Origin: Nitrospiraceae bacterium UBA2166 | GTDB taxonomy: Bacteria; Nitrospirota; Nitrospiria; Nitrospirales; UBA2166 | Length of the DNA: 45,899 nucleotides | Direction: 5' to 3' | Assembly: GCA_002328825.1 (NCBI GenBank) | Contig: DCWI01000055.1 | Span: 1 to 45,899 of the forward strand | In this document: in pieces, positions 39,544-45,899 of the stretch | Position numbering within the stretch: the stretch's first letter is position 1 | Layout of the letters: each line of letters begins with the position of its first letter | Position numbers and translations under genes: made by a program | Notes under the pieces: generated by a model | Told to the model about the DNA's origin: nothing | Seen by the model: the letters and a program-made list of their open reading frames with translations, nothing else | Databases searched by the model: none

Positions 39544-40635
39544 CTACACTTTAAAAAACTTCTTCCCTTGCCCAACAAGACCATGGGACTCAATGAACAC
39601 GCGACGATGCTCATCAGGAATCACCTCACCAATCTTCAAGGCTTGTTTTCCATGCGAATGGACAATTGACAACACACGATCAACCTCAGCCTCCTCAACA
39701 ATGATGCAAAAACCTATACCCATGTTGAATACGGTAAACATCTCTTCATGCGAGATAGCCCCTGACTGTTGAATAAGAGAAAAAATTGGCATCACTTCTG
39801 GTATGCAGTTGAGACGAAATCCAACCTTCGCTTTCACCCGTGACAAATTGAGCAATCCATCCCCAGTAATGTGAATCATGGCCTTTACAGCCGCTCCACT
39901 GTCGAGAATATCCATCACTTCATTGACATAAATATGGGTTGGCCGTAATAGCTCTTCACCAAGTGAATGAGACAGAGAAAAAGGCCGAGAGGCAGTAGTA
40001 TATTGCCGCAGATCAAAAAGGATCTTCCTGGCTAACGTAAGGCCATTACTGTGAATTCCGTTACTCTCGATCCCAATGATCGCATCTCCCTCACAAAGAT
40101 CTTGCCCGACAATAACCCTATCAAGAGCCACCATCCCAATTGCCATTCCAACTAGGTCAAATCCATATCCAACCCTACATCCCGTAACAACTTCAGGAAT
40201 TTGAGAAATTTCCCCGCCTGGAATGGAAATTCCAGCCTGCACTGCACCTTCACATAAACCAATTGAGATAGCCTCGAGCATATCAGGATGTAGATCCTGA
40301 ATCCCAATATATTCAACCATAGAGATAGGTTTTGCCCCGACACAAAGAAGATCATTGACATTCATTGCAACACAGTCGATTCCAATGGTGTCATATCGAT
40401 CCATCATTTGTGCAATCAAGACTTTAGACCCAACACCATCAGTCGTAATAGCACAACCCGTTCCACCCAGATCAATTACATTCGCAAAGTAACCCCAAGG
40501 AAGCGTGACGGATCCAATCCCGCTTCCTTGAGGCCAGGTATGACCAAGGCGCGCAGTAATTTTTTTGAGGGCATGCCCCACACGATCAGCCACAACATCA
40601 GGCTTTTGATATGAGGTGTCAGAATCGTTGTTCAT
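39544..40635 (-). CDS. purM: phosphoribosylformylglycinamidine cyclo-ligase (AIR synthetase), divergent
   Basis: TDGVGSK, IGIDCVAMNVNDL, GGE, SNGIHSNG, ELLRPT.IY, HITGDG, EM..VFNMGIG. Confidence 0.9.
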   Translation of the reverse strand: MNNDSDTSYQKPDVVADRVGHALKKITARLGHTWPQGSGIGSVTLPWGYFANVIDLGGTGCAITTDGVGSKVLIAQMMDRYDTIGIDCVAMNVNDLLCVGAKPISMVEYIGIQDLHPDMLEAISIGLCEGAVQAGISIPGGEISQIPEVVTGCRVGYGFDLVGMAIGMVALDRVIVGQDLCEGDAIIGIESNGIHSNGLTLARKILFDLRQYTTASRPFSLSHSLGEELLRPTHIYVNEVMDILDSGAAVKAMIHITGDGLLNLSRVKAKVGFRLNCIPEVMPIFSLIQQSGAISHEEMFTVFNMGIGFCIIVEEAEVDRVLSIVHSHGKQALKIGEVIPDEHRRVFIESHGLVGQGKKFFKV

Positions 40636-40747
40636 ATTTTTTACTATATATTTTTCGTATTGATCTGCTAGAAAGGCTCCATTACGATTACACGTAGCTG
40701 GCCTCAGGTCAAGAGATGACGCGAAGAGGCAAAACGCTCTACTTACA

Positions 40748-40777
40748 TTGATCTTAAATCCGTCAAGATGCTAGACT
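40748..40777 (+). promoter_or_regulatory. putative promoter of the USP fusion gene
   Basis: TTGATC, 18 nt, TAGACT with an extended -10 TG. Confidence 0.45.
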
Positions 40778-40844
40778 GTGTGCTTATTGTTTCAGACTAA
40801 ATTCTGGCATTTCGACACGCATAGCAATTGAGTAGGAGGATTTG

Positions 40845-42821
40845 ATGTACAAGAGCATTTATGTCCCTGTCGATAACTCTGATCACTCCAATGCAGCTCT
40901 CGACATTGGGGTATCCCTCGCCAAAACCTTTGGCGGGAAAGTTATCGGGAGCCACGTTTATGCTGCAAAAATGCACGATCGTCGTTTCAAGCAAATGGAA
41001 GCGGGTCTACCTGAAGAATATCAAGGTGAAAAAGAACTTGAACGACAACGCCAAATCCATGACTCGCTGATCACACGCGGCCTTGAGATCATATCGGACT
41101 CCTACATGGACGTCGTTACCAAAAAATGTGGGGACGCCAATATCCCCCACGAAACTCTAGGCCTTGAAGGCCGCAACTTTAAGGTTCTTGTCGAAGACAT
41201 CAATGCTAACAAGTATGATCTTTCCATCATCGGATCATTAGGCCTCGGGGCAGTAAAGGACAGTGTTATCGGAAGCGTCTGTGAGCGTGTAGTTAGACGA
41301 GTGAGAACGTCCGATGTGCTTGTGGTCAAGGACCCCACGCCAATGAACGGTGGCTCTATTGTTGTCGCGGTCGATGGCAGCCCCCTCTCGTTTGGAGGTC
41401 TCAAAACAGGAATAGCACTTGGAAAAGCGCTCAATAAACCAGTTGAAGCAATTGCCGCCTTTGATCCTTACTTTCACTATGCAGCATTTCATAGCATCTC
41501 TGGAGTGCTAAGCGAGGAAGCAGGGAAAGTATTCAGATTCAAGGAACAGGAAAAACTCCATGAAGAAATCATCGACAGCGGACTTGCAAAAATTTACCAG
41601 TCACATCTCGACGTATCGCGCGACGTTGCCCAAGAAGATGGCACAGACATAAAAACGACGCTACTTGACGGAAAAGCCTTTGAGAAAATCCTCAAGTATG
41701 CTCGCCAAGCAAACCCTTGGTTACTCATTGTTGGACGTATTGGAGTTCACAGCGACGAGGAAATGGACATTGGGAGTAACACCGAAAATCTCCTGAGATC
41801 CCTTCCATGTAATGTTCTAGTATCAAATCGTGCGTTTGTTCCTCCGGTCGACACCCAAGCTGAATACACCATGGCATGGTCTGAAGAAGCTCTTTGCCGC
41901 ATGGAAAAAATCCCGATCTTCGCCCGCGGCGTTGCCAAAACTGCGATTCATCGTTATGCCATTGAGAAAGGTTACACCATCATTAGTAACTCCGTCGTTG
42001 ATGAAGCAATTGGAACTATTCTTCCCAAATCCGCTTTGGAATCTATGCGAGCACTAGGAGAAACACTTGATAAGCAGGACATAGATCGAAATACTATGCA
42101 AAGTGACGATTCTGTAGCCAAAGACCTCATGGGAAACTCCCTCAGCGGAATGATGGCTGAAATCATTGAGGAGAATAAAGAGGAAACAAAAACGCGTGAT
42201 TACTATGTATGCAAAAACTGCGGACATATCGGAAAGGGAGCTAAACCCGTCACTTGTCCTGTATGTCCCGCATCGGGAGATTCTTTCGAACTAGTGGATA
42301 AAGCAATATTTGAAGCGGCTGCAAAAGCTGAGGGAAACATCGAATCTGAATATGCCTATGACGACGTAGCGATTCAATGGACTAACTCCGCAAAGCAAGC
42401 TATTCGTACCGTACCGGCTGGCTATCAGCGCCGGAGATGTAAGGCTCAGATTGAAAAATCTGCACGGAAACTTGGAATGACAACGATCACTGAAAAATAT
42501 GCGGGGCCAATGATTGCCGAGGCTATTTCATCTCCCTCCAACGGAGAAAGCTCAACACCGAAACCATTCCGTCAGGAAAACACATCCAACCCATACACTT
42601 GGACCGACAGTGCTAAAACGCGCATCGAGCGAGTGCCTGAAGGATACATGCGCGACTGTACCATAGCATTAGTTGAAAAATACGCTAAAGAAAAAGGAAT
42701 CACGAACATTACACTTGATGTTGCCACAGTCGGGATAGATCAAGGCAAAATAACGATGGAAGAAGCCATGAAAGCTGGAAATGTAAAAGAAGTCATAGCC
42801 CAGATTCTCAAACCTAGATGA
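40845..42821 (+). CDS. multidomain universal stress protein: USP-USP-PCP_red-rubredoxin-like-PCP_red-PCP_red
   Basis: USP1: YVPVDNSDHS...GS.G.G...IGSV.ERVVR. USP2: VAVDGS...GR.G...IGS.TE.LLR. Three W(S/T)xxA...(I/V)P...R...(I/V)..(Y/S)A...G...I(S/T) modules. YVCKNCG...CPVC. AGGAGG RBS. Confidence 0.88.
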   Translation: MYKSIYVPVDNSDHSNAALDIGVSLAKTFGGKVIGSHVYAAKMHDRRFKQMEAGLPEEYQGEKELERQRQIHDSLITRGLEIISDSYMDVVTKKCGDANIPHETLGLEGRNFKVLVEDINANKYDLSIIGSLGLGAVKDSVIGSVCERVVRRVRTSDVLVVKDPTPMNGGSIVVAVDGSPLSFGGLKTGIALGKALNKPVEAIAAFDPYFHYAAFHSISGVLSEEAGKVFRFKEQEKLHEEIIDSGLAKIYQSHLDVSRDVAQEDGTDIKTTLLDGKAFEKILKYARQANPWLLIVGRIGVHSDEEMDIGSNTENLLRSLPCNVLVSNRAFVPPVDTQAEYTMAWSEEALCRMEKIPIFARGVAKTAIHRYAIEKGYTIISNSVVDEAIGTILPKSALESMRALGETLDKQDIDRNTMQSDDSVAKDLMGNSLSGMMAEIIEENKEETKTRDYYVCKNCGHIGKGAKPVTCPVCPASGDSFELVDKAIFEAAAKAEGNIESEYAYDDVAIQWTNSAKQAIRTVPAGYQRRRCKAQIEKSARKLGMTTITEKYAGPMIAEAISSPSNGESSTPKPFRQENTSNPYTWTDSAKTRIERVPEGYMRDCTIALVEKYAKEKGITNITLDVATVGIDQGKITMEEAMKAGNVKEVIAQILKPR

Positions 42822-42891
42822 TCAAGGTTTTAGTAATTACCAAACTCATGCCTCCTAATGATCCTATTGTGATACTCGAAAGAAATAATCA

Positions 42892-43377
42892 ATGACCGAA
42901 ATTATCCCGTCCTTAAACCACTGGGTTCACCTTATGTCTGCCATCATCTGGATAGGTGGTGCTATATTCCTTACTATCGCAGTAACACCAATCTTACGAA
43001 AGCACGTTGACCCAGATCTCGCAGGACAGCTAGCTGCAGGAATGTATAAAAAGTATCAACGGGTTGTTGGAATCCTGTTTCTTGTCATTCTTGTTACTGG
43101 AGGCATTAATCTTCACTTTGTTCGCATTCGCCTAGGCGGGACGTTTGACCAATTTTACATCATCATCCTCTCCGTCAAGCTAGTACTTGTCATGGTCCTT
43201 ATGACGTTGTTTCTCTACAATGCACTATTCTGGTCCCCTGCAACCCCAAACACTCCCCCTTCGGATGATGAGGACTCTGATCCCCCAGACACACGATTTC
43301 CATTCCAACGCGCAATGATTTTTTCCAGTATGCTTGTTGTGCTAATGGCTGCGATCCTTAAACACCTTCATTTATAA
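42892..43377 (+). CDS. CopD/DUF4149-like 4-TM membrane protein
   Basis: WVHLMSAIIWIGG, LVTGG.N, L.VKL.LV pattern and a His-containing C-terminus. Confidence 0.75.
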   Translation: MTEIIPSLNHWVHLMSAIIWIGGAIFLTIAVTPILRKHVDPDLAGQLAAGMYKKYQRVVGILFLVILVTGGINLHFVRIRLGGTFDQFYIIILSVKLVLVMVLMTLFLYNALFWSPATPNTPPSDDEDSDPPDTRFPFQRAMIFSSMLVVLMAAILKHLHL

Positions 43378-43476
43378 TTGTGGTGCATATGTTCGCAAAC
43401 CAACCACAGCATTTAAGATCATCATGCTCCTGCCTGAATTCTCCTACATGCTAGCTAGATAAAAAATGAGTTAGCG

Positions 43477-44043
43477 TTGATGTCGCACGCTCTAGGTTAT
43501 AGCTGTTTTCGTATTCTCATCTCAGTGGTTTTCATTCATTTATCTCTTTCAATACCTGCACATTCGACCTCCACTAATTCTCCTAACTGGGAAATATGTC
43601 TTGCAATATCAGCCAAGAAAGCAGGTATCCCAACCACCCTGCTTCATGCAATAGTCGATGTCGAATCGAACGGTCACCCCTGGGCTTTTGGTTTCAGGAA
43701 AGAAAATGGGAAGTGGGCCAGTCGATATTTGGATGATCGTCAAACTGCGGAGAAATTTCTTCGCTACCTATGGAGAGAACAATTACACTTTGACGCTGGT
43801 CTAGCGCAAATCAGTAGCCCAAATCTTAAACGCTTTTGGAGAACTAAAGGGATTTCTCCTCTCGATGCCCTCGAACCATGTACCAATCTCAAACTCGCCG
43901 CAATTGTGCTTGGTGAGCAAATTGAAAAACACGGTTACACTTGGCGTGCGATTGCCGGATACAACGGATCCGTAAAATACATCCCACGTGTATGGAAAGC
44001 ATTCTGCCAGAGGCAACCAACGGCAGGCTGCCCACGCGGGTGA
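43477..44043 (+). CDS. secreted lytic transglycosylase (SLT domain, VirB1/TrbN-like)
   Basis: Signal peptide, AIVDVES (catalytic Glu), DAGLAQI, PC.NL..AA..L, AIAGYNG. Confidence 0.87.
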   Translation: MMSHALGYSCFRILISVVFIHLSLSIPAHSTSTNSPNWEICLAISAKKAGIPTTLLHAIVDVESNGHPWAFGFRKENGKWASRYLDDRQTAEKFLRYLWREQLHFDAGLAQISSPNLKRFWRTKGISPLDALEPCTNLKLAAIVLGEQIEKHGYTWRAIAGYNGSVKYIPRVWKAFCQRQPTAGCPRG

Positions 44044-45335
44044 CCTCAAGTCCATCAAAGACACGCTGGGTCATCCTTGGCCTGCTCTTCCTGATTAGCG
44101 TCATCACCTACGTTGATCGGATAAATATCTCCGTCGCCGCAAAAGACATGATGCCGGCTATGGGGCTAACCCCAATTGAAATGGGCAATGTTTTCTCAGT
44201 ATTTGTATTGGGGTATGCACTGTTTCAAATTCCAGGTGGATGGCTTGGTGATAGATTTGGGCCACGACTCATCCTGACGCTAGCGGTCATCTGGTGGTCC
44301 GTATTTACCATTCTCACTGCATGGGCAGCCTCTCTCCCAACTGCAACAGTTTTTGGCACTGTCGGTTCGCTCATGCTCATACGGTTTTTAATTGGCATAG
44401 GTGAAGCCGCTGCTTTGCCAAATTTTGCCCGAACCATAGCTAATTGGTTTGGACCTGATGAACGAGGTTTTGGCATGGGAATTTCGATCGGAGGTATCGG
44501 AGTCGGAGCAGCCATTACTCCCCCACTCACTGCATGGCTGATGCTCACCTACAATTGGCAAACACCTTTCTATATTGCTGGCATCGCGGGAATTTTTATT
44601 GGGATCATTTGGTATATGTTGGCAACCGATCACCCCGAACAACACCCTCGCGTCAATCAGGAAGAACTCACAATTATAAAAAAAAGAGCATATTCAAATA
44701 CAGCCAAGCTCCATACCATTCCTTTGATTCCTTGGCGTGCATTTGCACTCAACAGATCAGTGTGGCTAATAACAATAAGTTATACTTGTCTCGGCTATGT
44801 TGCCTATGTATACCTTTCCTGGTTTTATCTTTATCTGATCAACGTTCGCGGTTTCGATGTGTTAAAAGGTGCCTTCTACGCTTCAGGACCATTCATCGCA
44901 ATTGCTATTCTTTGTCCGTTAGGAGGATGGGCTTCAGATCGATGCTGTCAGGTATGGGGCATTACCATTGGCCGTTCCATGATTGGGTGTTTTGGAATGG
45001 CATCTGCAGCAACACTTATTACGATAGGCATACAAATCTCCCAGTCCCATATGGCAATTTTGTTCTTGTCTTTAGGCGCAGGCTGTCTGTACTTCAGCGT
45101 GGGATCATTCTGGGCAAGCACAATTGATCTATCAAAAAATCACTCCGGAACATTATCTGGCATCATGAATACCGGAGCAAACCTAGGTGGAACTCTGTCC
45201 CCAACCCTCACACCATGGCTAGCGGATAAATTCGGATGGGCAGCCTCACTGCAAGTAGCAGCGGTCATCGCATTTATAGGGGCAATGCTTTGGATCTTCG
45301 TAAAAGCCGGGGAACAGATTGAGGAAAGTGATTAG
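44040..45335 (+). CDS. MFS transporter, anion:cation symporter (ACS; GudP/ExuT-like)
   Basis: RW.IL, ITYVDRINISVA, FQIPGGWLGDRFGPR, RFLIGIGEA, WF...ERG, GIMNTGANLGG. Start moved to GTG 44040, overlapping the SLT stop (GTGA). Confidence 0.92.
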   Translation: MTSSPSKTRWVILGLLFLISVITYVDRINISVAAKDMMPAMGLTPIEMGNVFSVFVLGYALFQIPGGWLGDRFGPRLILTLAVIWWSVFTILTAWAASLPTATVFGTVGSLMLIRFLIGIGEAAALPNFARTIANWFGPDERGFGMGISIGGIGVGAAITPPLTAWLMLTYNWQTPFYIAGIAGIFIGIIWYMLATDHPEQHPRVNQEELTIIKKRAYSNTAKLHTIPLIPWRAFALNRSVWLITISYTCLGYVAYVYLSWFYLYLINVRGFDVLKGAFYASGPFIAIAILCPLGGWASDRCCQVWGITIGRSMIGCFGMASAATLITIGIQISQSHMAILFLSLGAGCLYFSVGSFWASTIDLSKNHSGTLSGIMNTGANLGGTLSPTLTPWLADKFGWAASLQVAAVIAFIGAMLWIFVKAGEQIEESD

Positions 45336-45587
45336 TAAACCAGAACAACGCTACTCTATCCTTATCATTTAGCCTATTCTCGAAAAAACTGTGCCCAAAA
45401 ATTGCTATAAGGCCTGATAGGACATTCATCCTTCCACGTGTTTTCATAATGTAAGATTAGATGAAAAGGATGAAGTAAGAAAACAATTACTTCGAGGAAA
45501 CATTATTGCGACTGAAAACGGGTTTAAATAAGAAACTCAAAATAAAAATTAGTTTCTTATTCTCTCTCCGAGCACCCTCCGTACTAT

Positions 45588-45899
45588 TTAGGTCAATGGA
45601 TTCAAAACCGGCATGTTGAACGTTCCCTTCGGAACTCTCCGATCCATACATGTTGCTGCTGGATTCTCTGCATCATCAGCTTTCCGTTCACCATAGATGT
45701 GATCTGCAACAGTCTTGGCTAGAGCCGTCGTTAAAAGAGGTTGCATAGAGCCCAATGCTCGTCGTTTGGCCTCGTCAAACGAGAGATGGCCTTCTTTGCC
45801 AAAATGTGAGAGCGCTCCAATAATACGGCGAGTATCAGTTTCGACAACAACAAAATCCATACACCACCTAACAAATGTAAGGACCGGATCAGGAATCAA
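45588..45899 (-). CDS. 3' part of a hypothetical protein (runs off the right edge)
   Basis: Frame is open to the window edge with protein-like composition. No family recognised. Confidence 0.55.
   Translation of the reverse strand: MIPDPVLTFVRWCMDFVVVETDTRRIIGALSHFGKEGHLSFDEAKRRALGSMQPLLTTALAKTVADHIYGERKADDAENPAATCMDRRVPKGTFNMPVLNPLT

Noticed and set aside
43941-44039. N-terminal extensions in the ORF track for the MFS (also thi4 from 12995, terB from 38155, symporter from 29494)
   Set aside because: They overlap upstream genes. Downstream starts fit family N-termini and operon spacing better.

Overview
Chromosomal window from a bacterium that is probably marine or halotolerant. The protein styles (RRM protein, USP/PCP_red fusion, M1-M28-PDZ peptidase) suggest Nitrospirota, but this is inference and was not searched. 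The window opens with the 5' end and promoter of a 16S rRNA gene on the minus strand. It then carries a glycine-betaine module (fused GSMT-SDMT methyltransferase plus BCCT carrier), tRNA-Gly(CCC), an ankyrin protein, and msrB-peptidase-thiamine-binding protein genes. A TPP-riboswitch-controlled thiC-thi4 cluster continues into GT2, an atypical receiver, ygfZ and a PLP decarboxylase. After tRNA-Arg(TCG) come a flavoenzyme-NeuB fusion with a Rossmann-fold partner, a Sel1/YVTN secreted-repeat cluster, an ActP-like symporter, several small accessory genes and NhaP. The window ends with an 825-bp intergenic region holding a compact DnaA-box triplet, an orphan divergent purM, a USP-USP-PCP_red-rubredoxin-PCP_red-PCP_red protein, and a lytic transglycosylase coupled to an MFS permease. 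The best candidates for undescribed biology are (1) a DARS-like DnaA-box/Fis/IHF element apparently away from oriC, (2) the flavoenzyme-NeuB two-gene cassette and (3) the USP/PCP_red/rubredoxin fusion with its membrane partner. No CRISPR array, integrase or transposase was seen. All family calls come from motif recognition by eye.
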